The notes under the pieces: generated by a model
What the model was told of the DNA's origin: nothing
Database searches by the model: none
What the model saw: only the letters and a program-made list of their open reading frames with translations
Translations under genes and position numbers: made by a program
Shown: piece by piece, positions 1 through 10,276 of the stretch
Numbering within the stretch: the first letter of the stretch is position 1
How the letters are laid out: the number at the start of each line of letters is the position of its first letter
Sequence record: SRR20825010_2939
Reading direction: 5' to 3' (one strand)
Length of the DNA stretch: 64,000 bases

Positions 1-28
1 GTATTCTAACCAGCTGAACTACCGCTCC
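1..28 (-). tRNA. tRNA-Asp, 5' part only (truncated by the window edge)
   Basis: The reverse complement reads GGAGCGGTAGTTCAGCTGGTTAGAATAC, the acceptor stem and D-arm typical of gammaproteobacterial tRNA-Asp. The anticodon lies outside the window. Confidence 0.85.
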
Positions 29-80
29 GCGTGAGCCGCCACCTCGGGCGCAATCAAGGGTGTGACTGCTCGGTGACAAC

Positions 81-116
81 GAGGGCGCATTATAAAGAGG
101 CCGCCCTGCATGTCAA
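81..116 (-). promoter_or_regulatory. sigma70 stable-RNA promoter for the tRNA
   Basis: Minus strand: TTGACA (116-111), 16-bp spacer, TATAAT (94-89), then the GC-rich discriminator GCGCCCTC typical of stringently controlled tRNA/rRNA promoters. Confidence 0.85.
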
Positions 117-153
117 CGTTTTTCATGAAAAAAGTTCGGTTTTCGGAAGGCTC

Positions 154-1185
154 TTACATGGCATCAACCATGGCATCCTTTCCCTGTGCGGTCTTTCGGT
201 ATTCGATAGGCGTCATGCTCGACCAACGCTTGAACGCCCGGTAGAAAGTACTGGGTTCCGAGAAGCCGGTGAGATAAACGATTTCGTCAATGGATTCGTC
301 GGTGGTTGCCAGCAGCTGCCGTGCCAGGCGATAACGGAAATCCGCCAGCACCTGGTTGAAGCTGGTTTCTGCTTCAGTCAGACGGGTACGCAGGGTTCGA
401 GGTTTAATGCCAAGACGTTCGGCCACTGCATCCAGAGTAACCTCGCCGCTGTCCAGCAGTTCCGCAACAATCCGCTCGACCTGTCCGACGATGTCTTTCT
501 TCTCAAGACGGGCCACCTGCTCACTGGCAAACCGCTCATGGAGGTCCAGCAACTCCGGTTCCGCATGGGGTGAAGCATGGGACAGCAGGGTGGCAGGGAA
601 ATACAGCCGGTTTTCCTTGGCGCCAAATATGACATCGCAGCCAAGCACGTCGATCACATGCTCCTGGCCATGCTCACGCTGATGCTCAAACTCGATGCGC
701 GACGGATAGAAGCTGTCATCGGTGATCGATCTGAAAAAGGTAATCAGGCCCTGCACGAAACATTCGTTGAAGTGCCGCAGACGGCTGACTTCGCTGGAAG
801 CGGCATCCAGAACCATGCAAGCCTCGTCGCCCTCGATGAAGAAGTCGGTATTGGCAGCATCGCTCAACAGGCGCTGATAGTTCTGAGCCCGCCGCAGGCC
901 CTCGCCAAACGTGGGGCTACTCAGAAACAGATATTCCAGTACCTGCCCCTTGTAGGCCGGTAACAACTGACCCAGGTGGAGGCCGGCGTCGGAGTCACCC
1001 GACACATCCTCAACCACCTGCCAGAAATACAACTGGGCACTGTGAGGTGTTCTTAGCTGCTCGGTGTAGACATAGTCTTCATCCACTCCCAGCCGGGCAA
1101 AAATGGCATCTGTATCAATCCCTTTGCGTTTCATGGCCTGATAAATCAGGCGCAACATCACACCCGCATCGCGAAGTTCCTGCAT
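154..1185 (-). CDS. AraC-family transcriptional regulator (Arabinose_bd_2 + HTH_18 type)
   Basis: 343 aa. C-terminal AraC double HTH (VAERLGIKPRTLRTRL...LTGFSEPSTFYRAFKRWSSMTPIEYR). Confidence 0.92.
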   Translation of the reverse strand: MQELRDAGVMLRLIYQAMKRKGIDTDAIFARLGVDEDYVYTEQLRTPHSAQLYFWQVVEDVSGDSDAGLHLGQLLPAYKGQVLEYLFLSSPTFGEGLRRAQNYQRLLSDAANTDFFIEGDEACMVLDAASSEVSRLRHFNECFVQGLITFFRSITDDSFYPSRIEFEHQREHGQEHVIDVLGCDVIFGAKENRLYFPATLLSHASPHAEPELLDLHERFASEQVARLEKKDIVGQVERIVAELLDSGEVTLDAVAERLGIKPRTLRTRLTEAETSFNQVLADFRYRLARQLLATTDESIDEIVYLTGFSEPSTFYRAFKRWSSMTPIEYRKTAQGKDAMVDAM

Positions 1186-1354
1186 AAAATCCCGCTTTAT
1201 AGTTGTTTATTAATCGGCTTGGCCGGCCGGACAACCTTGCTGGCAAGCCAGGTCAATGCTCATACTGGCCGGGTTTGCCAGACTCTGAGACCTTAGTCTT
1301 ATATTAGAGCATATCAGGCCACAGACGCACAGGTGTACCAGGAGAGATAGCAAT

Positions 1355-2230
1355 ATGACAGATACTTCAATCTACCACCGTCACCCGCCCGGCCTATGGT
1401 CGCTTTACAGCAAGGCCCTACTCCCGAAAACCAAGCCATCCGGCGACGAACTCAGGATCCCCGGCCTGTCCACCCGATTAATCGGTGTCAGTACGGCCAA
1501 CGATAACCTGAAACGCTACCGGAAGGTATGTGGCTTCGATACACAGGCTAACGTGCCCATCACCTGGCCCCACATCCTGGCGTTTCCGTTGCATCTGAAA
1601 CTGCTGACCGAGAAAGACTTCCCACTGCCCCTGCTTGGGCTCGTTCACCTTCGCAACAACATCACGCAGCACCGAGCCATCGGCACCGGGGAAACGCTGG
1701 ACATCACCGCACGGCTGGACGGTCAGAACAATACGCCGAGGGGCCTGGAGTTCGATCTGGTCACCGAAGCCTGGTCCGCAGGGAGGCTGGTGTGGGAAGA
1801 GACGAGCACCAACCTGTTCCGGCAGCCGGATAAAAGCAAAAAGGCCTCGGGCGATAAACCTCCCGAACTGCCCCACTACCCTGAGACCACCGACATCAGT
1901 GCCGCGGAATCCATTGGCCGGCAATACGCGGGGGTATCCGGTGACAGAAACCCGATACACCTTCACGCGCTGACCGCAAAGGCCTTCGGTTTCCCCCGGG
2001 CGATTGCCCACGGCATGTGGAGCAAGGCCCGAGTGCTGGCACTACTGGAACAGCAAAGCGGCTGGCGCCCGGACGCGATATCCGTCTCCTGCCAGTTCAA
2101 GAAGCCGCTGTTCCTTCCCGGAACCGCACAACTCAACTGGCAGGTGGGGCAAGACGGCTGGGTTTATCAGCTACTGAATGCGTCCGGAAACGCACCCCAC
2201 CTGAGCGGCCAGATACATTGGGAAAGTTAA
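1355..2230 (+). CDS. MaoC-like double-hotdog acyl dehydratase / (R)-enoyl-CoA hydratase
   Basis: Hydratase-2 motif YAGVSGDRNPIHLHALTAKAFGFPRAIAHGMW. RBS GGAG upstream. Confidence 0.88.
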   Translation: MTDTSIYHRHPPGLWSLYSKALLPKTKPSGDELRIPGLSTRLIGVSTANDNLKRYRKVCGFDTQANVPITWPHILAFPLHLKLLTEKDFPLPLLGLVHLRNNITQHRAIGTGETLDITARLDGQNNTPRGLEFDLVTEAWSAGRLVWEETSTNLFRQPDKSKKASGDKPPELPHYPETTDISAAESIGRQYAGVSGDRNPIHLHALTAKAFGFPRAIAHGMWSKARVLALLEQQSGWRPDAISVSCQFKKPLFLPGTAQLNWQVGQDGWVYQLLNASGNAPHLSGQIHWES

Positions 2231-2243
2231 GTGGGGAGAGAGG

Positions 2244-3833
2244 TTACTCTGTCGGCTCTCCGGAGCCGTCAGTGGACGCACAGGGCGAACCCACGGCACC
2301 GGCGACCGGCAGGGTAAAGAAGAAACACGCACCACCGTGCTCGGGCCGCTCAAACCCGATATCACCGCCCTGGGCCTGGATCAGGGATCGACACATGGGC
2401 AAGCCAATCCCCATGCCTTCTTCCTTGGTGGTATAAAACGGCAGGAACAGCTTTTCTTCCGCATCGTCCTGCAGGCCAACACCATGATCGGTGACCGCCA
2501 CACGGACACAGCCAGTGCCTGACATCGCCACGGTTACCTCCACAGGCTTTTCCGATTGGGCGCTGCGAGTGGACTCCAAGGCATTACGAATCAGGTTCAA
2601 CGCAACCTGCTGTACCTGAATCGGGTCCGCAAGGACATCCGGCACGTCATTGGCCACCGAAATCTCGACGCCGCCCTCGTTGTTGCGGATATCCACTTCT
2701 GCGAACTGGCGGGTATCTTCCAACAGCGCCGCAATCGACAACACATCCTTTCCGGCAGCCGGCTTCTTCATAAACCGCCGGATGCGTCGGATCACCTCAC
2801 TGGCGCGGTGTGACTGGGCTTCGATCTTCTCCAGCGTTTCCTCAAGCAACTCGTGGTCCGGCGCTTCCTTGGCTAACACGCGCTTGGCAACGCGGGCATA
2901 GTTGGTGATAGCCGTCAGTGGCTGGTTAACCTCATGTGCCACACCGGCCGCCATCTCCCCCATGGTGGTCAGGCGGGAGAAGTGGGCCAACTGCTCACGC
3001 TGCTCCTGAACCATGTGCCGGGCGTCGTCCAGCGCCCGCTCACTTTCAAGCTCAGCAGTGATGTCACGGAAGACCACAACCGCGCCATGCAGTTCATCAC
3101 CATCCAGTTTCGGTGTCGCACGATACTCCACCGGAAACGGTGAACCATCTGCGCGTAACATCTCAATATCGCGCTGGTTCTCCGCAACACCCTTGGTACA
3201 GGTGGCATAGATAGGGAGTGACTCACATCCGTGGCCGGCGGTGCGGAAATGGAGATCGAAAAAACCCTCACCAATCAACTCTTCAACAGGCCTGCGCATG
3301 ATCAGCGCCGCCGCCGGATTGGCGAACACGATGGTACCCCTGGCGTCGAGACCGTAAATACCTTCGCTGATGGAATTGAGTATGCGGGCCTGATCGTTTT
3401 CAAGCTGGCGATTACGGGCCTGAAGCGCCCGCTCAAGGCGGATTACCCTGGCATGGGTTTTCACCCGGGCAATCACCTCCTGGGCCTGGAACGGCTTGGA
3501 GATGTAGTCAGCGCCTCCCAGGGAAAATCCCCGGACTTTCGCCTGCAGATCATCCAGAGCGGAGAGAAACACCACGGCGCTGTCTGACGTAACCGGGTCT
3601 GCCTTGAGGCGTTCACACACCTGATAGCCGTCAAGTTCCGGCATCATGATGTCGAGAAGGATCACTTCCGGCTGATGGCGATGAGCAAGGTCCAGCGCCT
3701 TTTCACCATCGTTGGCAATGAGCAGGCGATAACCCTTGTCTTTCAGGGTCTCATAGAGAACCTTGAGGTTCTGCGGGTTGTCGTCAACGAGCAGAACCGT
3801 TACGTCTGTTGTCTCAAGGACAGCATCTGTCAT
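2244..3833 (-). CDS. Cytoplasmic hybrid histidine kinase (REC-PAS-HisKA-HATPase)
   Basis: N-terminal receiver (LLVDD...LLDIMMP...KPF), PAS, H-box VAHEVNQPL, N-box NLIRNA, G-boxes DHGVG and GMGIGL. Confidence 0.92.
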   Translation of the reverse strand: MTDAVLETTDVTVLLVDDNPQNLKVLYETLKDKGYRLLIANDGEKALDLAHRHQPEVILLDIMMPELDGYQVCERLKADPVTSDSAVVFLSALDDLQAKVRGFSLGGADYISKPFQAQEVIARVKTHARVIRLERALQARNRQLENDQARILNSISEGIYGLDARGTIVFANPAAALIMRRPVEELIGEGFFDLHFRTAGHGCESLPIYATCTKGVAENQRDIEMLRADGSPFPVEYRATPKLDGDELHGAVVVFRDITAELESERALDDARHMVQEQREQLAHFSRLTTMGEMAAGVAHEVNQPLTAITNYARVAKRVLAKEAPDHELLEETLEKIEAQSHRASEVIRRIRRFMKKPAAGKDVLSIAALLEDTRQFAEVDIRNNEGGVEISVANDVPDVLADPIQVQQVALNLIRNALESTRSAQSEKPVEVTVAMSGTGCVRVAVTDHGVGLQDDAEEKLFLPFYTTKEEGMGIGLPMCRSLIQAQGGDIGFERPEHGGACFFFTLPVAGAVGSPCASTDGSGEPTE

Positions 3834-3878
3834 AGAAGTACGGCCGGTTACGATGATGAATGCATGATGCCGGCCAAA

Positions 3879-4505
3879 TCAGCGCGCGTCGATAAGGTCC
3901 TTTACGGACAGAACCATACGGACCAGGTGTGCCAGTGAATGCGTGCCCATCTTATGCATCACCCGTGAGCGATGAATTTCCACGGTACGCTGGCTGATCT
4001 CCAGTTCGATGGCAATGACCTTGTTCGCCTGCCCGGCAATCATCCGGTCCATGATTTCATGTTCCCGGGGCGTCAGGCTTTTCACGCGGCGCAGGATTTC
4101 CTGCTTCTCACCGAGAGTTTTGCGCTGCTCCTTGTCCTGTTCCAGGGCGGCTTCGATTTTCTGGAGCAGGGCCTCTTCACGATAGGGTTTCTGAATGAAA
4201 TCGACCGCGCCCTCTTTCATGGCATCCACGGCCATGGGGACATCACCGTGCCCGGTGACGAAGATAATTGGCAGGATGGAGTGCTTTTCATTCAGTTTCT
4301 TCTGGAGTTCCATACCATCCATGCCCGGCATGCGGATATCCAGTACGATACAGCCGGCCATTTTTTCGGAGTAATCCTTGAGGAATGCGTTGGCATTGTC
4401 ATAAGTCTTGACCGGCTTGCCATCGGATTTCAGCAGCAGTTCAAGAGAATCACGAACCGCCTCATCGTCCTCAACTACGTAGACCGTTTGCTGGGTATCA
4501 GTCAT
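3879..4505 (-). CDS. FixJ/NarL-family response regulator
   Basis: REC domain (VVEDD, LDIRMPG, KP) plus LuxR HTH (LTPREHEIM...ANKVIAIELEISQRTVEIHRSRVMHKM). Start set at ATG 4505 behind RBS AAAGGAG. Confidence 0.92.
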   Translation of the reverse strand: MTDTQQTVYVVEDDEAVRDSLELLLKSDGKPVKTYDNANAFLKDYSEKMAGCIVLDIRMPGMDGMELQKKLNEKHSILPIIFVTGHGDVPMAVDAMKEGAVDFIQKPYREEALLQKIEAALEQDKEQRKTLGEKQEILRRVKSLTPREHEIMDRMIAGQANKVIAIELEISQRTVEIHRSRVMHKMGTHSLAHLVRMVLSVKDLIDAR

Positions 4506-4564
4506 GTGCCTTGTCTCTCCTTTCAATGACCGCCGATCACACTTGTGAAACCGGCTGATGGCTC

Positions 4565-7021
4565 TCAGTGAATCGACGGATCTTTGTGGTCGTCCCGGGC
4601 ATGCTCCTGACGCTCATGCTCGCGCATTTTTTCCAGACGTTGCTGGATAATGCCAAAAACGCTCTGCTTAGGGTACCTGCCTTTGTCATCAGCCTTGCCT
4701 GCCGGTTTACCGAGCAACAGCGTAATCGCTTCCTCGGCACGGCTGACCGCATGCACGGCAAACTGTCCATTGCGAACAGCCTGGACAACCTCCTGCTCAA
4801 GCATCAGGTTCTGGACGTTGGTGGAGGGTACGATCACCCCCTGGGTGCCAGTGAGTTCCCCGGTCAGCCTGCAAGTGCTGAAAAAGCCTTCAACCTTCTC
4901 GTTCACGCCACCAATGGGCTGAACCTCTCCGAACTGGTTCACCGACCCGGTGATCGCCAGGTCCTGCCTGACAGGCAGGCCGGACAACGCAGACACCAGA
5001 GCACAGAGTTCCGCCAGCGAAGCACTGTCACCGTCCACTTCGCCGTAGTTCTGTTCGAAGGTCAGGCTGGCCGACAGATGCATGGGATCCGTAACGGCAA
5101 AATGGGCAGACAGCCAGGAACTGAGGATCATCACCCCTTTCGAGTGAATATTACCTCCCAGCTTGACGTCCCGTTCGATATCCATCACACCGCCATCTCC
5201 ATAATAGCAGGTAGCGGTGATACGGTTGGACAAACCAAACTCGAATCCGCCGGTAGAGAGCACTGACAACGCGTTCACCTGCCCAACACAGGTGCCCGTT
5301 GTGGACACCAGCGTGGTGCCATCGCGGATGGAGTCGTAAAACTGATCACGGATACGGCTGCTGCGATATTGGGCGCTCTCCAATGCCTGATCCACATGGG
5401 AGTTCTGGATCAGCTTTGCCCCCGCCTGTCTCGCCCAGTAATCAGACTCCCTCAGCAGATTGGCGATATCCGCTGCGTGCAGCGACAGCCGATCCTGATG
5501 TTCTGCCATGCGCGAACTGTGCTCAATCACACGTGCCACGGCTTTGTTGCTGCAATGCAGCAGCTTCTTTTCGTTCACCAGGCTGGCGATGAACTTGGCG
5601 TACAGGAGCTGGCTCTCGTCCGTACGCATCATCTCGTTTTCAAAGTCTGCGGTGACCCGAAACAGCTCAGCGAACTCGGGGTCGTATTCCTGCAACAGCA
5701 TCCAGGTTTCCCGATCGCCAAACAGTACGATCTTTACGTCCAGCGGAATGGCTTCGGGTTCCAATGAAATCGTGCCTGACAGGGTCAGCTCCCGTTCCAG
5801 CGAGTTGATCTGGATGGACTTGGATCGCAAGGCACGCTTCAGCCCGTCCCAGACAAATGGCTGCTCAAGCACCTTGATCGCATCCATCAGCAGATACCCC
5901 CCGTTGGCACGGTGAATACTGCCAGGGCGTATGAGCGAGAAGTCGGTAAACACCGAACCCTTGAAGGTTACGCTTTCCACGTAGCCAAACAGGTTGTGGT
6001 AGGTGGGATTGTCCTCGACCACAACCGGCACTTCGTCGGTTTTCTGGTGAACCAGCACATTGACCAGATAGCGCCGGGGCATTTTTTTATCCAGCGACGC
6101 ATAGGCGATGGCCGCCTGCTCTTCATTGTCTTCCAGAAAAATTTCCAGGCTCTCGGACAGATCCTTACGCACTTCCTCGAAGTACGAAACCACCTCCGGC
6201 ATATCCCTGTATTTCTCGATCAACTCGTCGATCTGGTGGCCGGAGATGCTTTCCAGTGTTTCCTCGTTGAGCGCCTGCTGGCTTTCGGCGTATTCCTGCT
6301 CCCAATCCGCCAGTTTGCGTAGGGCCTGACGCAGCTTTTTCTCGAGCTTGTTGATGTCATTCTCGAACTTGTCCCGCTGAGCTTCTGTCAACGCCTGGAA
6401 GGATTCAGCGGTATGGGGTTCCTCGCCATTCATCGCCACCAGCCGATAGCCGCCGGGTGTCGTAATATTCAGGCTGACCTTCTTTCGCTTGGCCTGGGCT
6501 GCCACCTTCTCCAGTTCATCTTCCTGCTTCTTGGCATACCCGTTTTTCAGCTGCTCAGCACGCTCAAGGAAACTGTCGCTGTCGAACGTCTGGGGGATCA
6601 TCTTCATCAGACGCCCCATCAACTTTTCCATATCCTGTTTGAGCTCGGTGCCCTTACCGGCGGGCAACTGAAGAACACGGGGAATTCGTGGTTCCTCGAA
6701 GTTGGCGACATAACACCAGTCGTGGCTCTGATTCTCAGTGTCCACGTGATGCTCCAGATAACGGAGCATCATCGTGCGCTTGCCTAAGCCGTTACGGCCC
6801 ACGGCATAGACGTTGTAACCGCCATGAGGCATGGCAAGCGCAAAACGCACCGCTGCCTGGGCCCGATTCTGGCCAACAATTTCCGCCAGGGGCTCGAGCT
6901 GTCGCGTGGTCTTGAACGGTAGATCTTTTAAAACACAGGCTTTGTAGAGCTGGTTCAGGGACAGTGACTTCAAGGTTCGGTCCTGTAACGGTATGAAAGC
7001 ATTTTGGTGTTGGCCGCTCAT
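4565..7021 (-). CDS. Lon-like (S16, LonB/LonC/YcbZ-type) AAA+ protease
   Basis: Walker A-like GRNGLGKRT, HRANGGYLLMD, coiled-coil insertion, Ser-Lys dyad motifs GDSASLAE and GGVNEKVEG. Confidence 0.9.
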   Translation of the reverse strand: MSGQHQNAFIPLQDRTLKSLSLNQLYKACVLKDLPFKTTRQLEPLAEIVGQNRAQAAVRFALAMPHGGYNVYAVGRNGLGKRTMMLRYLEHHVDTENQSHDWCYVANFEEPRIPRVLQLPAGKGTELKQDMEKLMGRLMKMIPQTFDSDSFLERAEQLKNGYAKKQEDELEKVAAQAKRKKVSLNITTPGGYRLVAMNGEEPHTAESFQALTEAQRDKFENDINKLEKKLRQALRKLADWEQEYAESQQALNEETLESISGHQIDELIEKYRDMPEVVSYFEEVRKDLSESLEIFLEDNEEQAAIAYASLDKKMPRRYLVNVLVHQKTDEVPVVVEDNPTYHNLFGYVESVTFKGSVFTDFSLIRPGSIHRANGGYLLMDAIKVLEQPFVWDGLKRALRSKSIQINSLERELTLSGTISLEPEAIPLDVKIVLFGDRETWMLLQEYDPEFAELFRVTADFENEMMRTDESQLLYAKFIASLVNEKKLLHCSNKAVARVIEHSSRMAEHQDRLSLHAADIANLLRESDYWARQAGAKLIQNSHVDQALESAQYRSSRIRDQFYDSIRDGTTLVSTTGTCVGQVNALSVLSTGGFEFGLSNRITATCYYGDGGVMDIERDVKLGGNIHSKGVMILSSWLSAHFAVTDPMHLSASLTFEQNYGEVDGDSASLAELCALVSALSGLPVRQDLAITGSVNQFGEVQPIGGVNEKVEGFFSTCRLTGELTGTQGVIVPSTNVQNLMLEQEVVQAVRNGQFAVHAVSRAEEAITLLLGKPAGKADDKGRYPKQSVFGIIQQRLEKMREHERQEHARDDHKDPSIH

Positions 7022-7056
7022 TGTAGAATCTGGGGCCGGCCCTGTCGCGCTCTCGC

Positions 7057-7083
7057 TAAAGATTTAGCCCAACTTGTCGATAA
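7057..7083 (+). promoter_or_regulatory. sigma28 (FliA) promoter
   Basis: TAAA-N15-GTCGATAA against the consensus TAAA-N15-GCCGATAA, about 57 bp upstream of the ATG at 7141. Confidence 0.7.
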
Positions 7084-7140
7084 ATTGATCAATCGGGCAT
7101 AATGACAGAGGCCTCAACCTAAGGGCAGGACACTCATTCA

Positions 7141-7425
7141 ATGGATATTTATCGGAATCAGTCACAACCGTTGACGGTGCTGGAGTCACTGCGAAAACGC
7201 AAACCCTTTACCGCACCGCAACCGCAACAGGCGTCACCGTCGCCGGAAAAACCGCCGGGCGACCGACGTGTACAACCGGACCGGCGCCGGGCGCAGGTGG
7301 CCTTTGAAGGGCCGGACCGCCGCAAGAAGCGGTCCAGGCGCAGCCCGCGATTACTGAACCCGAAAACCGGCAAGGCCGCGCCGACCGAAGACCGCAGGGG
7401 GCGACTGGTCAGCACCCAGGCCTGA
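7141..7425 (+). CDS. Small basic hypothetical protein with repeated DRR motifs
   Basis: 94 aa, RBS-like CAGGA, sigma28 promoter upstream. Motifs GDRRVQPDRR, PDRRKKRSRR and EDRRG. Confidence 0.7.
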   Translation: MDIYRNQSQPLTVLESLRKRKPFTAPQPQQASPSPEKPPGDRRVQPDRRRAQVAFEGPDRRKKRSRRSPRLLNPKTGKAAPTEDRRGRLVSTQA

Positions 7426-7602
7426 ATGCCATGTCATTAGGGGCATGATTTTGCTGTCGGCACACTGCAGCCCCATTTTGATAACCCGGTCACAGTTCTT
7501 CGCTTGGTCATTTTTCAGTCACCATTGTGGGCACTAGACTTCAACGTCCCGGTGGAAGAACGGGCCAATAATAATCACAAGATACGCAACGGATGCCAAC
7601 GT

Positions 7603-7980
7603 ATGATGAGTGATTCCGCAGACCGCAGAATCAAGGACCGCTACCCTGCCATGTGCCTGAAGGTACAGCTGCAGGAGCGTGGCTTCTTTGGTCGAGGGAA
7701 GAATTCAACCGCTGTCACCTGCCTGGACCTGAATCGCTATGGCATGGCGGTGCTTTGCCCAAGGCCAGTAGAGACTGGCGCCCGTCTCTATATGGACTTT
7801 CATGGCAAGTACATCCGCGAATCCCGTGTCGCCGCCCGGGTGATCAGTTGCCAGCCCTATCAGACCGGTTACCGGGTAAGCATCCAGTTCAGCTACTGTT
7901 TCGACAAAAAGGGGTATTCACGAACCGTGGACAATGCCCTTTCCCGCATTGAAGGCCTGTACAACCGCTACGCCAGCTAA
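7603..7980 (+). CDS. Single-domain PilZ protein
   Basis: RxxxR (RRIKDR) followed by a D/NxSxxG-like motif (DLNRYG) and beta-barrel-like segments. Confidence 0.75.
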   Translation: MMSDSADRRIKDRYPAMCLKVQLQERGFFGRGKNSTAVTCLDLNRYGMAVLCPRPVETGARLYMDFHGKYIRESRVAARVISCQPYQTGYRVSIQFSYCFDKKGYSRTVDNALSRIEGLYNRYAS

Positions 7981-7986
7981 GCCTTC

Positions 7987-8457
7987 CTAGAACAGCCCGG
8001 CATCCAGGCTGGCGGCCATGTAGAGCCCCAGTTCCCGGCACTGATCCTCGAATTCGTCCCGATAGTCGCCATGACAGAGCAATGGCTCCTGCACCAGCCG
8101 CCAACGCAGGCCCGTGGTGATGGAATCGATAGCGCGATGGGTGCCGGTACCGTCGAGACCGGCGCGGATGTAGAAGGTGAAGGGCAAACCCTGGGTTTTC
8201 TCAAGGCAGGGGTAGTAACTGCGGTCAAAAAAATCCTTTAACGCACCACTCATGTAACCAAGGTTTTCAGTGGTACCGAGGATGATGGCATCGCAGGCCA
8301 GAACATCTTCCGGGCCTGCTTCCAGCGGAGGGAGCACAGTCACTTCCACGTTTTCTATGTCTTCGTGTTGTGCGCCCTGTTCTACCGCTTCCCGGAGCTT
8401 GAGGGTATTCCGGGAGGGAGCATGGGCGACAACCAGCAATTTCTTCTTCGCATCCAT
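7987..8457 (-). CDS. Flavodoxin-family protein
   Basis: HAPSRNT FMN loop and ILGTTENLGYMSGALKDFFDR. Confidence 0.85.
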   Translation of the reverse strand: MDAKKKLLVVAHAPSRNTLKLREAVEQGAQHEDIENVEVTVLPPLEAGPEDVLACDAIILGTTENLGYMSGALKDFFDRSYYPCLEKTQGLPFTFYIRAGLDGTGTHRAIDSITTGLRWRLVQEPLLCHGDYRDEFEDQCRELGLYMAASLDAGLF

Positions 8458-8494
8458 ACCACCTCCCCGATAGTGCGGGAACTAACCACAGAGC

Positions 8495-9547
8495 TTAGAG
8501 AAGCTCACCGTTCGCGTCTGCTGTTGCCTCTTCCTTTGCCGCTTCTTCTTTCTTGGCCGGCTTGGGCATCAGCTTGTCACGCACCGCCGCTTCGATCTCA
8601 TTGGCGATCTCAAGGTTCTCTTCCAAAAACTTGCAGGCATTGGCCTTGCCCTGGCCGATCTTGTCGCCCTTGTAGGCGTACCAGGCGCCGGACTTGTCCA
8701 CGAAGCCTTCCTTCACGCCCATATCGAGCACTTCGGCCATGTGGTAAATGCCCTTGCCGTACATGATCTGGAACTCGGCCTGCTTGAACGGCGGAGATAC
8801 CTTGTTCTTGACCACTTTCACTCGGGTTTCGTTGCCCACCACTTCATCGCCATCTTTAACAGCACCGATGCGGCGAATGTCCAGGCGAACGGATGAGTAG
8901 AACTTCAGAGCGTTGCCACCGGTGGTGGTTTCGGGGCTGCCGAACATAACACCAATTTTCATGCGGATCTGGTTGATAAAGATCAGCAGGCAGTTGGCAT
9001 GCTTGACGTTGCCCGTCAGCTTACGCAGCGCCTGGGACATCAGGCGGGCCTGGAGACCAACATGGCTGTCCCCCATCTCACCTTCAATTTCGGCCTTGGG
9101 CGTCAGCGCTGCCACGGAGTCCACGATGATGACGTCAACAGCGTTGGAGCGTACCAGCATGTCAGAGATTTCCAGCGCCTGCTCACCGGTGTCCGGCTGG
9201 GATACCAGGAGTTCATCCACGTTCACGCCCAGTTTTTCGGCATAGACCGGGTCCAGGGCATGCTCCGCATCCACAAACGCGCAGGTTTTTCCAGCCTTCT
9301 GGGCCTCGGCAATCACCTGCAGGGTCAGCGTGGTTTTACCAGAGCTTTCCGGGCCGTAGATCTCACAGATACGACCATAAGGCAGACCGCCTATTCCCAG
9401 CGCCACATCCAGGCCCAGGGAACCGGTGGATACCGCAGGGATCGCTTCCCTGGGCTGGTCGCCCATCTTCATGACGGCGCCCTTGCCGAACTGGCGTTCG
9501 ATCTGGCTCAGTGCTGCACCCAGTGCTTTCTTGCGGTTGTCTTCCAT
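8495..9547 (-). CDS. recA: Recombinase RecA
   Basis: [42 protein letters not shown]. Confidence 0.99.
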   Translation of the reverse strand: MEDNRKKALGAALSQIERQFGKGAVMKMGDQPREAIPAVSTGSLGLDVALGIGGLPYGRICEIYGPESSGKTTLTLQVIAEAQKAGKTCAFVDAEHALDPVYAEKLGVNVDELLVSQPDTGEQALEISDMLVRSNAVDVIIVDSVAALTPKAEIEGEMGDSHVGLQARLMSQALRKLTGNVKHANCLLIFINQIRMKIGVMFGSPETTTGGNALKFYSSVRLDIRRIGAVKDGDEVVGNETRVKVVKNKVSPPFKQAEFQIMYGKGIYHMAEVLDMGVKEGFVDKSGAWYAYKGDKIGQGKANACKFLEENLEIANEIEAAVRDKLMPKPAKKEEAAKEEATADANGELL

Positions 9548-9637
9548 CGTTGCAAACCCTCTGTCGCCAATGCCGTTATCGGGACGGGAGCCCGGCGGCC
9601 AAAATCATGGACTGCGGAACCCGGAAAAACCGGACTC

Positions 9638-9653
9638 CTGTATATTTGAACAG
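9638..9653. promoter_or_regulatory. LexA (SOS) box upstream of recA
   Basis: CTG-TATATTTGAA-CAG (CTG-N10-CAG), flanked by TA on one side. Confidence 0.9.
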
Positions 9654-9693
9654 TATTAAAACACAACACGAAGGTAAGACCAACCCCTCCGTT

Positions 9694-10194
9694 TCAGGGC
9701 TTTTCCAGAAAGCCCCTAACTCCCTGTAACACATAAAGAACCGCCTGGCGCCGAACCTGATCACGGTCGCCCTGGAACTGCTCAACCACCGCTTCGGTGT
9801 CAGCCGGAGAGCGCCCCCAGGCAAACCACACCGTGCCTACCGGCTTGTCGTCACTGCCGCCACCAGGGCCCGCCACGCCACTGATCGCAACAGCCACATC
9901 CGCACCCGTGGCCGCCAGGGCACCAGCAACCATTTCCCGTACCACCGGTTCGCTAACTGCGCCGTGCTCCCCCAGCGACGGTTCAGTCACACCCAGCAAA
10001 CCCCTTTTTGCATCGTTGCTGTAGGTCACCAGTCCCGCCAGAACGTAGGAAGAAGAGCCCGCGCGGTCGGTCAGCACCTTGGCAACCCAGCCGCCAGTGC
10101 AACTTTCGGCAGTGGCTATCGTAAGCTCGCGTTGCATTAATACGTCAGCCAATTGCGTGCCGGCTTCCGCCAATGCCTCGTCAGTCAGTGGCAT
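9694..10194 (-). CDS. pncC: CinA-family nicotinamide-nucleotide amidohydrolase (PncC)
   Basis: [28 protein letters not shown]. Canonical position between recA and mutS. Confidence 0.92.
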   Translation of the reverse strand: MPLTDEALAEAGTQLADVLMQRELTIATAESCTGGWVAKVLTDRAGSSSYVLAGLVTYSNDAKRGLLGVTEPSLGEHGAVSEPVVREMVAGALAATGADVAVAISGVAGPGGGSDDKPVGTVWFAWGRSPADTEAVVEQFQGDRDQVRRQAVLYVLQGVRGFLEKP

Positions 10195-10276
10195 AATGAT
10201 CTCCTTCGTTTCATCATGGCGGTTATTTTCTTACAATCCCTGCCTTCACATAAAGCCAATGGATCCGGAACCGTTC

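Noticed and set aside
10079..10276. N-terminal extension of MutS in the ORF track
   Set aside because: It overlaps the divergent pncC. MutS homology begins near ATG 10277.
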